IMG/VR virus record: IMGVR_UViG_649989997_000001
Location: 1-64,000 of that record
Direction: 5' to 3' (one strand)
DNA length: 64,000 nt
Origin: a virus
Lineage: Duplodnaviria > Caudoviricetes
The translations under genes and the position numbers were made by a program. Below the pieces are notes generated by a model. It was not told the DNA's origin, ran no database searches, and saw nothing but the letters and a program-made list of their open reading frames with translations. Below, one piece after another: positions 55,432 to 64,000 of this stretch; the stretch's first letter is position 1, and each line of letters opens with the position of its first letter.

Positions 55432-57729
55432 TTACAAGCGGCGATAGATCCTCTGCAGTCCGTAAATTGCGATACGTTGGGGTGTGGGCTGTTTTTCCCA
55501 TTCAGGAAGTCTGGACATGATGGCTGCTATCGCATAGCTGTCCATGGAACGCAAATCCTCTTTTTTCCTGCTGAAGCACTCACACCAAATCTCCATGTTG
55601 CTGACAATCACGCGCACGTCTGTCCCCACGGGAGTCGTATCATCGCCCCGCAAAAACTCCCGCCGCTGATAGAGATCCATCTCGTCCCAGTTGGCGGGAA
55701 GCAGCGTATCGAGATAGAGACGCACCAGACCTTCACGCTCATCGTGCTCCATCGCTTCCCGCTGCTCCTCTTTGGCATATTCCTCCAAGTCCGGGGGCAG
55801 ATACAGCTTTTCTCCGGCATCGGCGAGAATCATCACCTCCGCCCAGATTTGCTGCACAAGCTCCGAGGTCATCTGCCAGGGTCTATATTTGCTGCTGCCG
55901 CTCAGTTTAATGTTCCAATAGCGGCGGTTTCCTGTGATGTCCCGTAGATACCCGTTCTCGCTGTTGGTCGTGCCGAAAAACACGCACTGGCGCGGATGGG
56001 AGGTTACCCGCCTGCCGAAACTCGCCCGATACTTGTCATCCACCCGCGACACAAAGGCTTTCACCTTATCGAGGTCGGCTTTCTTCATTCCGGCAAGCTC
56101 GCCAATCTCGAGAATCCAGTACCCCTGCAGCTTTTCGGCGGCGGTCTTGTCATTCATATCCGATAAGGTCAGACTGTCGGAGAACCAATCCATGCCAAGG
56201 TTGGCGATGAAGGTGGATTTTCCGATGCCCTGTGCGCCGTTGAGAACGGGCATATAGTCAAACTTGATGCCCGGCTCTTTGATGCGTCGATAGGCCGCAC
56301 ACAGCACTTTCCGACTGACGGCACGGGTATATGCGTTGTCGGCTGCGCCCAAGTAGTCGATAAGAAGCGTGTCCACTCTCGCCACACCGTCCCAAGGAGG
56401 CAGCGCCGCAAAATACTCCCGTATCGGATGGTAGGAGCGGTCGTCCACGGCTTTGGCAACGGCGATGTCATAGTTTCGCGCCGAGAACGTGCCGTAGTTG
56501 TCATCTACATAACAGATGAGCTGGGCATCGTCCGCATCCCGCCAGAACTTACCGGGATGTGACCACGGCACTTCCCCCTTGATCTCCATGCCGTCTGCCA
56601 GCTGATTAAAGACGATGTTTTTCATGTAGGGATCATTCTGCATGATGAGCTTGATGTTGTAGAGGGAATTCTCAAGCTGTGTGGACTTTTTCTGCCGCAC
56701 CAGTTTTGCTTTCCAGTCTTCCTCCTCGGCAAAGTCCTCGACAGCCCGTTCCTGCCGCTCCTTGAGTGCAAGGGTGCGCACTTTTTCGTTCTTGGCGGCA
56801 AATTCAGCCATCCGGGTAAAGTCACCATCAAAGAGATGCGTCCCTACGAGATCGTATGCGTTGCACAGCTTTCCGTAGGCAGGATCAGAGGCATGGTGAC
56901 TGTAGGCGAATTTGCCGTCATAAATCATCACGCCGGGAATGCTCGCCGATTTCGTATAGCCCCACCGATTCTCGTCGGCAGTCGGCTCATACACATCGGA
57001 GAGGAAGGTCTGTATTGCTTCCTGGATGGAGTACGCACGACAGAACGCTCCTACAATTCCTTCCTTGGTCAGAGGATCGGCTTGTCTTTTGCGCTCCCTT
57101 TCCACCGCTTCCTTTTCGCCCGGCGCAGTTGGCAGGGAGCTGCAGTCCTGCCAGTTCGGATGCGCTGCCAAAAACACATCGGGATCGAGCCAGCCGCCCT
57201 CATATTTGCGGCAGATGTACTCTCCGTCGGAAGAGGCGGTCGGCCAGTACATCAGCTGATTGATTTTGAAGGAACAGAGATCCACCGTATCCATGCCGAT
57301 CTCGTCTGCAAGATAACGGGCGATGGCATTGTACTCATCGGGTGTGACATCCCGCGTCAGTGGTACGAGGATTCTCGCTCGCGGGGCTTCCGGGATATGG
57401 CTGTGGGTGGTGTAGACGATGGTGCAATGTTTGAAGGCAAAATCATCGAAACAGCCCTGCTCCAGTCGATCATGATCTAAGGTAATCATGGAGCGGCTGA
57501 TAACCTCGGTCGCCCGCCGTCGCGTCCCTTTCAGCGTTCCCGCAAAGAATCCGCCTTTGTCCTTCACGACATCCCGTTCGCACTTCTTCATGGAACGGTA
57601 TTCTGCAGCGGTTTCGGCAGTACGGATGGGATTCTGCAATTTTTCCCAAAGAGCGTCCATCGTCATTTTTCCTGGATGCCAGACAAGAGCCGCACGGCTG
57701 TTGCCAAGACAAAATGCTAATTCTCTCAT
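55432..57729 (-). CDS. VirE/VapE-family primase-helicase
   Basis: N-terminal primase (LDHD, THSH), GAQGIGKS, GTTN..YLRD.TGNRR. Confidence 0.88.
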   Translation of the reverse strand: MRELAFCLGNSRAALVWHPGKMTMDALWEKLQNPIRTAETAAEYRSMKKCERDVVKDKGGFFAGTLKGTRRRATEVISRSMITLDHDRLEQGCFDDFAFKHCTIVYTTHSHIPEAPRARILVPLTRDVTPDEYNAIARYLADEIGMDTVDLCSFKINQLMYWPTASSDGEYICRKYEGGWLDPDVFLAAHPNWQDCSSLPTAPGEKEAVERERKRQADPLTKEGIVGAFCRAYSIQEAIQTFLSDVYEPTADENRWGYTKSASIPGVMIYDGKFAYSHHASDPAYGKLCNAYDLVGTHLFDGDFTRMAEFAAKNEKVRTLALKERQERAVEDFAEEEDWKAKLVRQKKSTQLENSLYNIKLIMQNDPYMKNIVFNQLADGMEIKGEVPWSHPGKFWRDADDAQLICYVDDNYGTFSARNYDIAVAKAVDDRSYHPIREYFAALPPWDGVARVDTLLIDYLGAADNAYTRAVSRKVLCAAYRRIKEPGIKFDYMPVLNGAQGIGKSTFIANLGMDWFSDSLTLSDMNDKTAAEKLQGYWILEIGELAGMKKADLDKVKAFVSRVDDKYRASFGRRVTSHPRQCVFFGTTNSENGYLRDITGNRRYWNIKLSGSSKYRPWQMTSELVQQIWAEVMILADAGEKLYLPPDLEEYAKEEQREAMEHDEREGLVRLYLDTLLPANWDEMDLYQRREFLRGDDTTPVGTDVRVIVSNMEIWCECFSRKKEDLRSMDSYAIAAIMSRLPEWEKQPTPQRIAIYGLQRIYRRL

Positions 57730-58304
57730 ACGCGCACCTTCCTCACCCTCGGTGTCTGTCCATATTCAAATCTTGCCTGCCGTGCCAGCTTGAACGCCTG
57801 TACGGTGGAGGCATCGTCCCTGTCCATCGTATAGCTGCTGTCATCACCGAAAAGCTCAAATTTGCCCTGTTTGTTGATGCTGGGATGAGCAACGTAGTAA
57901 TCTCCGTCGATGGTCTGAAAGTTGAAGGGATAGGGTCCGCCGCCAAAGCTGGGGAAACCGTAACGCCCCCACTCGCGGCAGTAGGATTCAATATCTCCAA
58001 TACCGTCTCCGTCAGGAATCCCGGGAACAACGAGGAGCGGGTGCTTACCTTGGCTGAACTGGTTGATTTTGGCGGCATCATCCTTGGTCATCTTCCCTTT
58101 GACCTCCACATGGAGATCCCCGCCTGCTCTTCCGTCAACATCGTGGAGCAGGAAGTCCGGCAAATAGCATTGACCGTTATTGAGCACATACCCCTCCGGC
58201 TCGTACTCCCAACGAACACCGCAGGCATCAAAGAACACTGCCCACCGCGCCTCCAAGCGTGAGCGGAAAAGATAGCCCTTGTATTCTGTCTCTATTACCT
58301 TCAT
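57726..58304 (-). CDS. Putative PD-(D/E)XK nuclease
   Basis: FRSRLEARWA, YEPE, YLPDF, VEVKG. Confidence 0.75.
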   Translation of the reverse strand: MKVIETEYKGYLFRSRLEARWAVFFDACGVRWEYEPEGYVLNNGQCYLPDFLLHDVDGRAGGDLHVEVKGKMTKDDAAKINQFSQGKHPLLVVPGIPDGDGIGDIESYCREWGRYGFPSFGGGPYPFNFQTIDGDYYVAHPSINKQGKFELFGDDSSYTMDRDDASTVQAFKLARQARFEYGQTPRVRKVRV

Positions 58305-58696
58305 GGCGAAACCTCCTCGCACTTCGTTGTGAAATAGCGGATGTTCTTCTGCAGCCGCTCGGCATGAGCAATCTCCGCTGCCATGCCCTCGGTGATTCGC
58401 TCGCCGAACGCCCAAACCTCGCCGCACAGCCTCAGAAGCTCGAAATTCATATCCATCGCTTTCTCCCGCTCATCTACCTCCGACAGAAACTGAGGAAAGT
58501 ACAGATGCGGCGCGAGTGGTATCCGCCCCCTGCCCACAGCAAATTTGCAGTACTGCCGCGCCCGCATGACGTTGACGCGCGGATTGTCCCGATAGGGCGA
58601 ACAGATGTAAGTGAACAGATTCTGTCGGAGCACCTTCGTGAGAGCTGCGTGCGCCGTAGGGTCGGCATATCCCTCGTGATTTCTGAACTCGATCAT
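58301..58696 (-). CDS. DUF4406-like phage protein
   Basis: YICSPY, APHLYFPQF, C.EVWAFG..GM..EI. Confidence 0.7.
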   Translation of the reverse strand: MIEFRNHEGYADPTAHAALTKVLRQNLFTYICSPYRDNPRVNVMRARQYCKFAVGRGRIPLAPHLYFPQFLSEVDEREKAMDMNFELLRLCGEVWAFGERITEGMAAEIAHAERLQKNIRYFTTKCEEVSP

Positions 58697-58896
58697 TTCT
58701 CGCACCTCATCTTCCTGCTGCATTCCGTGCAGCAGATCGCCGTGCCGAAGAGGTCGAACTCCGAATCGCCGAAGAATTCATTGAGATCAACAGGCACTTC
58801 CGCTCCGCAGCGCGGACAGTGACAGAAGACATTCTCATCGTTGATTTCCACCGTGACCTCCAGAGTGTCATTGATGTTTTCCTTGACATAGAACAT
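58693..58896 (-). CDS. Small zinc-ribbon protein
   Basis: CPRCG...CTEC; GGAGG RBS. Confidence 0.75.
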   Translation of the reverse strand: MFYVKENINDTLEVTVEINDENVFCHCPRCGAEVPVDLNEFFGDSEFDLFGTAICCTECSRKMRCEK

Positions 58897-59003
58897 AAGA
58901 TTTCCTCCCTTTGAAAACTGATTAGTTCCTCTCATCAGTAAGAGGACGAACAGGGAGGTTTTGGTCACCAAAAATCCTCCCATTTTTCACGGGAGGATTG
59001 AAG

Positions 59004-60956
59004 TCAATCTTTCTGATAGAATTGGCACTCGAAACCATCGGCACGGAGCGGGAGTCCGTCTGCCCAAGGCGGGGTTCGCGCCATCTGCTCACAAATGGCA
59101 GAAAGAGAAACTCGCTCGTCGCATTCGATGATGAGTTCATCATGGACGTGTGCAACAATGTCCATCGTCCGCAGCGTTTGCATGGCATAGCAGAGAATGT
59201 CGCGACTGATCGCCTGCGTGACATTCTCCACGAGCTTCGGTCCGTAAGATTCAATCCGTGCCCACTTTTTCGAGAGATTGAGTCCCATGTAAGTGACGGA
59301 TTCGCCGCCAAACTGATTCTCCCCAATGCGCGGCTTCACATAGGCAAGCCTGCGCCCACACGGAAGCTCGATGAACATCATGCTGCCTTGATAGATGAAC
59401 CGGATGCCATGGGTAACCTTTGTGCTGCGCTCCTTGATACAGTCCTTCGTGGCGCGATCCACCGCCCACCAGAAGTCCACGATGTTCGGATTTGCTGCAC
59501 GCCATGCATCCACGAGCGGATTCAGCTCCTCTTCCTTCATCCCAGACTCCAATGCACCGAATGCTTTCAGCGCACCAACGGAGCCGCCGTATCCACTCGA
59601 CAATTCTGCTAATTTACCATACTGCCTGAGATGCCCGTTCTCTCCATGCTTGACCACATTGCAATGGAACATCCTGCCCGCTGTAGCGCAGTAGATGTCG
59701 CCATCATTTGCAAAAACGTCCATGCGCCATCGTTCCTTGGCAAGCCATGACAGTACCCGTGCTTCAATGGCAGAGAAGTCCGCGACAATGAATTTTCTGC
59801 CCTCCTTGGAAATAAAAGCAGTACGGATAAGCTGTGACAGGACATCCGGCACGGATTCATAGAGCAGTTCCAGTGCCGCAAAACTTCCCTGCCGCACGAG
59901 ACTGCGGGCGTATTCGAGGTCGGCGAGATGATTCTGAGGAAGATTTTGTAATTGAATGTGGCGTCCCGAAAACCGCCCGGTACGGTTCGCACCATAGAAC
60001 TGGAACATCCCCCGTGCACGACCATCCGAGCAAACGGTATTCTGCATTGCCTGATATTTCTTCACCGAGGATTTTGCAAGCTGCTGCCGAAGTTCCAGTA
60101 CTTCCTTCAGCGGATCGGGAACATTGGCAAGGAGGGCAGTCACGGACTTCTTGTCGAGCGACTCGGTTTCAACTCCCTGCTCCTTGAGCCATGCCTTCAT
60201 CTGCGTGACACTGTTCGGGTTCTCAAGGCTGGTCAAAGTTTTCAGCCTGTCCGTCAGTTTTTCCTTGGTTCGCACGTCGATCTGGACGGCGTTCTCCACC
60301 AAGGGCATATCCAGACGTATCCCGCGGTCATTGATCTCCTGGTCGAGTACATACTCCTCCCACACCGACTGCGGCACAGGATATTTGGAGAGACGCTTCT
60401 GAATCGCCATCTCCACTTCGACATCGCGGCGGTTGTAAGACTTGAAGAGGTCCCACTTCGCTCCCGTGGGTTCGTGGAACGGAGGCGTTGAAAAATAGCG
60501 GATCAGAGCCTTACCCTCGTTCATTTTCTGCTCTTCCAGTCCAAGCACACGTCCAACGCCGGCAAGTGAGAGCGGCAGTCCCATGTAGGCAGACCAGACC
60601 ATTGTGCATCGCCAACTGTGGGGACTCAGAAAGCGGGCACACTCCGTAGAAAGTGGATGATTGTCATGGAACGGATCGAGGGCTATCCCCAAGTCCGACA
60701 AGTAACGCGACAGGCACACACGTTCAAAGTTGGCGTTGAATGCCCACTTGATGACGCTCTCATCGGTCAGAGCATCCAGAATTTCCTGCGGAATCTGTTC
60801 TCCGTTAGCAATGTCAATGACCTGCACAGCACCGCCGTCCACGGAATATCCAAAGAGCAAGATCGCGAAATCCTCTGCCTCTGCGTATCGATAAACACCA
60901 CTTTTCCCAATATCCACACTGCTCCGAGTTTCAAGATCGATAGACAATGATTCCAT
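59004..60956 (-). CDS. Family A DNA polymerase (phage)
   Basis: IDLET exonuclease, RTGR, DFSAIE motif A, K..EL..GYG motif B, HDE motif C. Confidence 0.93.
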   Translation of the reverse strand: MESLSIDLETRSSVDIGKSGVYRYAEAEDFAILLFGYSVDGGAVQVIDIANGEQIPQEILDALTDESVIKWAFNANFERVCLSRYLSDLGIALDPFHDNHPLSTECARFLSPHSWRCTMVWSAYMGLPLSLAGVGRVLGLEEQKMNEGKALIRYFSTPPFHEPTGAKWDLFKSYNRRDVEVEMAIQKRLSKYPVPQSVWEEYVLDQEINDRGIRLDMPLVENAVQIDVRTKEKLTDRLKTLTSLENPNSVTQMKAWLKEQGVETESLDKKSVTALLANVPDPLKEVLELRQQLAKSSVKKYQAMQNTVCSDGRARGMFQFYGANRTGRFSGRHIQLQNLPQNHLADLEYARSLVRQGSFAALELLYESVPDVLSQLIRTAFISKEGRKFIVADFSAIEARVLSWLAKERWRMDVFANDGDIYCATAGRMFHCNVVKHGENGHLRQYGKLAELSSGYGGSVGALKAFGALESGMKEEELNPLVDAWRAANPNIVDFWWAVDRATKDCIKERSTKVTHGIRFIYQGSMMFIELPCGRRLAYVKPRIGENQFGGESVTYMGLNLSKKWARIESYGPKLVENVTQAISRDILCYAMQTLRTMDIVAHVHDELIIECDERVSLSAICEQMARTPPWADGLPLRADGFECQFYQKD

Positions 60957-61023
60957 GTCACGTCTCCTTCCGTGACAAAGGCAGTGAAGACGAATCCCCA
61001 CTGCCCATGTCACCTAGTCCTAT

Positions 61024-61584
61024 TTAGCTAAGGAAATCTTCGTCCTCATCAGTGAAATCATCCTCGGCACGTGTCTTTCCGCCGAGATGCTCCCCGTCGG
61101 AAATCTTCTGCAGGTTGTTCAGCCCACAGGCAATTCCGCGATTGCCGTTGCTGTTGAATGCGTAGAAGTTGATGCTTGCGCGTCCGTACACACCGGAGTA
61201 GACCTCCGAGTGCTCGATGATCGGATTGCGGGCGGCATCCACGATACCGGGAGCTGTGGCCGAGTTTGCATTGATGAAGTAGCTGTCCTTATACGCCTCA
61301 TCGTCCGGGCGTTCCGCATCACCATCACGGAGTGGTGTCTTGATCGCCGTGAGTGCGGGAACGGACTTACTGTTGCCCTTGAGTTTGCTCTGTCCCTCAT
61401 CGTATGCCGCCTGAATGGCGTTCTTGACTGCCGTCACGGTTTTGGTATCACTCTTCGGAATGATGAGTGATACGCTGAACTTCAGTGCACCGCCGTTGAT
61501 GGACTTTGCCTGCCAGACGTTGGCATAGCTCCAACGTGTTTTGACTCCCGTGATCACTTTTGTCGGATTGATAACTTTTGCCAT
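61024..61584 (-). CDS. DUF2815 ssDNA-binding protein
   Basis: RWSYAN, PLRDGD, YSG.YGR, acidic tail. Confidence 0.85.
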   Translation of the reverse strand: MAKVINPTKVITGVKTRWSYANVWQAKSINGGALKFSVSLIIPKSDTKTVTAVKNAIQAAYDEGQSKLKGNSKSVPALTAIKTPLRDGDAERPDDEAYKDSYFINANSATAPGIVDAARNPIIEHSEVYSGVYGRASINFYAFNSNGNRGIACGLNNLQKISDGEHLGGKTRAEDDFTDEDEDFLS

Positions 61585-61595
61585 GGTACTTTTCC

Positions 61596-62720
61596 TCAAC
61601 TTTCCTTAAAATCTTCTGCTGCGGTATTCATCACAGGCCGCTTGTCGCTCATCGGAGCGAGGGTTGGTTTCCCCTGTGGCTTTACGATGAAGCCTCCGAG
61701 CAGTTCCTCAAACTTACTTTTTCCAAGAAGTGCAGTCATTGCTGTAATCCCGAGCAGTTTTTGCTCATACGGCTCAAAGCCTGCTTCTTTGACGGTTTTG
61801 GCGACCGCCGTCTCATCGGTGTACTTCCGATTCGAGCGGCCTTCGACCAGTTTCCAGTCCGCCCACTGTTTTCCTTGGATTGCCCGCTGCAAGGCGTATT
61901 CCTTGATGTCGCTGACCCATGCGGCGAGCGTGTCGGCTTTTGCAAGCACCGCCTCCACCTCGGCATCCTCCAGTGTCGGCGGCATCTCGAAGTCATACCG
62001 GGCGAGTTCCAGATTGTACTCTGCCCGTTTACGGCAGGTCGCCTTGATCTTGCAGAACTGACAGTGCGCCCCTGCACTGAACTCGCCTTCTCCTGCGTGT
62101 GTCAGCTTTGCCGCAGGTACAAGCGTATCTGCCGCCCATGCCAGAAGGTTGGCTTTCGAGATGCTGAACTCTGAGATGTTGGCGAGACGAGGTTGAAAGA
62201 TCACCATCCGCACATCGCCGATGTCGTACAGACCGTCGAACAACTGGACGCAGCCGAGCGCGTAGCACATCATCTGCGGATTATGGTCTGCACTGACCTC
62301 GATGCCCTTGCCGTGCTTGTAGTCCACAATGCAGACGGTCTTACCGGAGACGATGAGCGTGTCGGCTGTGCCGAAGCCATCCGGCACAAACGCCGAGAAG
62401 TCGACGCGCTGCTCCACCGAAACCATCGTGTCCTTACTCTCGGCGCGGAACTGACCGACCAGTTCCATCACGAACTGGCAGTATGCCTCGGCACATTCTT
62501 CCATCTCAGTGTCATAGGAGGCGAGATGCTTGGTCGGATCACGTGCCTTTTCGCCCAGAGCCTTGCGGAGTTTGTACTCGCAGAGCGCATGTGCGTCAGT
62601 CCCTTGGGCGGCATACTCGCTCGGCATATCGGATTTATCCGCATTGAGCCGTGCCGACGGCGGACAGGCAATCCATCGTGCGGCAGAAGATGCAGAGAGG
62701 ACGGCGTGCTTACGTGCCAA
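61596..62720 (-). CDS. DUF2800 Cas4-like exonuclease
   Basis: LSASS..RW..CPPS, GTAD, DYKHG, CQFC..C. Confidence 0.85.
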   Translation of the reverse strand: MARKHAVLSASSAARWIACPPSARLNADKSDMPSEYAAQGTDAHALCEYKLRKALGEKARDPTKHLASYDTEMEECAEAYCQFVMELVGQFRAESKDTMVSVEQRVDFSAFVPDGFGTADTLIVSGKTVCIVDYKHGKGIEVSADHNPQMMCYALGCVQLFDGLYDIGDVRMVIFQPRLANISEFSISKANLLAWAADTLVPAAKLTHAGEGEFSAGAHCQFCKIKATCRKRAEYNLELARYDFEMPPTLEDAEVEAVLAKADTLAAWVSDIKEYALQRAIQGKQWADWKLVEGRSNRKYTDETAVAKTVKEAGFEPYEQKLLGITAMTALLGKSKFEELLGGFIVKPQGKPTLAPMSDKRPVMNTAAEDFKES

Positions 62721-63000
62721 TGCGCTCAGCCTCCTTCAAGAGTGCCACATACTGCTCCGGTACGATGTCGCTGAGTTTGTCCGCACCGAACTTGGCAATC
62801 AGTGCCTTGACGGCGCCACTATGTCCTGCGACAGAGAGTTTCGCAAGTACGGCGCGTACCTCCTCAAGGGTCGGTGCTTCTGTCTTCTCCGTTGGCAACG
62901 GTTTCTCTCCTTCAGAACTCTGCACGAATTCCTCCAAGACATCGACCAGTCGGTGAAGAACGCCGATAAGCTCGGCTATTGCTTCATTTTCCTCCCGCAT
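62710..63000 (-). CDS. Hypothetical phage protein
   Basis: TLEEVRAVLA..FGA.KLS.I..Y..LL motif. Confidence 0.75.
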   Translation of the reverse strand: MREENEAIAELIGVLHRLVDVLEEFVQSSEGEKPLPTEKTEAPTLEEVRAVLAKLSVAGHSGAVKALIAKFGADKLSDIVPEQYVALLKEAERIGT

Positions 63001-63086
63001 GGAGATCACTTCCTTTCGATTGACTGCGGGGATTTTCACCCTCCTATAAAGAAGAGGACACCACCGTATGTTTTGGTCACCGATTT

Positions 63087-63743
63087 TTACATAAAATCTT
63101 TGAGCTGTGCCTGAAGCCCGGGCATGAACTTATTCATGCGCTTGCGGACGCTTTCCTTAGATTTGAAGCCGACAGCAGCGGCAATCGCACGCTCCGACTC
63201 TCCCGCCGCCTTGCGGACGAGAATTTCATGGTCGATGGGATCGAGTTCACCGAGAGCCTCGTACAATTTGCGATTGCGCTCTCTGCAACTGACGGTCTCG
63301 GTGACATCCTCGTGAACGGGAAGCGCGGGATCGTTGACTTCCACCGCACGCTCCAAGGAGATTGTCCGATACACGGGATGTGAGCAGCCATCACAGCTGC
63401 GATTGGCGCAGCAGGGTTTTCCTTCATAGATACAGTGCTGCCCACGCTTTTCCCGCTTATCCTCCCGCCAGATCGGTCGCATGACAGCAGAGTATTGCTC
63501 GGCATCGACAGGTGTATAAATTGCCCGCTCCGACGCCTTGAGGAACTTTTCTCCGGTAGCCTTTCGCCGGACGAGTTCGTCCATGCCCGTATCCCGTAAT
63601 CTTCCGTTTTCGTGGATCTGAATCAGGACGGGGACATACACGCCCAGCTTCTTACTGAGCTGAAAACGATGTCCCTGCTGTCGGAGTGCCTTGACCTCCT
63701 GCGCGGAGTAGTCTTTAATGATGCCGTTGAGCTGGATTTTCAT
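63087..63743 (-). CDS. Sigma-like factor with Cys cluster and region-4 HTH
   Basis: C..CC..C..C cluster; L.EAL.EL..GESERAIA..VG HTH; AAAGGA RBS. Confidence 0.72.
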   Translation of the reverse strand: MKIQLNGIIKDYSAQEVKALRQQGHRFQLSKKLGVYVPVLIQIHENGRLRDTGMDELVRRKATGEKFLKASERAIYTPVDAEQYSAVMRPIWREDKREKRGQHCIYEGKPCCANRSCDGCSHPVYRTISLERAVEVNDPALPVHEDVTETVSCRERNRKLYEALGELDPIDHEILVRKAAGESERAIAAAVGFKSKESVRKRMNKFMPGLQAQLKDFM

Positions 63744-63908
63744 AGTTTTGCGTTCCTTTCGTTCTTGCCGAACGGCGGGATGCAAAACTACGCACGGGCT
63801 TCTATCCGAAAATGGGCATAAAGAAGCACGGTGGGAGCATAGAGATACTGACAAGCTCGTTACCTGTCAGCATCCCTATTCGCATCCCGCCGTCCTATGG
63901 CCATCTTG
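63744..63908 (-). ncRNA. Putative structured leader RNA, homolog of 12137..12320
   Basis: Covarying alternative stems; RBS-sequestering hairpin. Confidence 0.55.
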
Positions 63909-64000
63909 GACAACAGATTGACTTACTTAGGGAAACCGAATTTGAATCTTCCTACCACCACCTTAAAAATCTTTCTCTACATAGGAGCGGACACATACAT

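Larger units (their letters stand above)
35593..64000 (-). mobile_element. Prophage-like element 2 (tail-less; right end outside window)
   Basis: Recombinase, holin, head, packaging, replication and sigma genes in canonical order. Confidence 0.85.

Noticed and set aside
61596-62720. Cas4-like protein as evidence of CRISPR-Cas
   Set aside because: It is a DUF2800 phage exonuclease within a PolA/SSB module; no cas1/cas2 or repeat-spacer array was seen in the window

Overview
The window has ~55% GC and Bacillota-type RBSs (GGAGG); it looks like a Selenomonas-like Negativicute, which is an inference. It holds two related temperate phage-like elements in tandem, both transcribed mainly on the minus strand. 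Element 1 (1..~28626, left end outside the window) has a packaging/lysis segment, a Gp157/Sak4/helicase/primase/RusA replication module, a sigma-like gene and a frameshifted ImmA-HTH regulator. It also carries a large type I restriction-modification cargo: hsdR, a full hsdS, a spare TRD cassette, a tyrosine recombinase, a trypsin-like protease, two different HsdM subunits (one fused to an ADP-ribosylglycohydrolase), a pseudo-MTase-TRD fusion and yhcG. It abuts a truncated comM, the probable integration site. Between the elements is a six-gene WYL-led operon (unknown protein, HD hydrolase, two PD-(D/E)XK-like nucleases, PARG-like macrodomain protein). Element 2 (~35593..>64000) has two large serine recombinases, a holin, a complete HK97-type head module, a tail module apparently lost at a visible junction, two TA pairs, VOC morons and a PolA/SSB/Cas4-like/VirE/SNF2 replication module. 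Comparing the elements reveals a covarying two-state RNA leader before both sigma genes, plus element-specific sigma promoters and late-activator repeats. Best candidates for new biology: the ARH-HsdM dual-MTase RM with an excisable TRD cassette, the WYL-nuclease-PARG operon, and the RNA switch. Family assignments come from motif recognition only; no searches were run.
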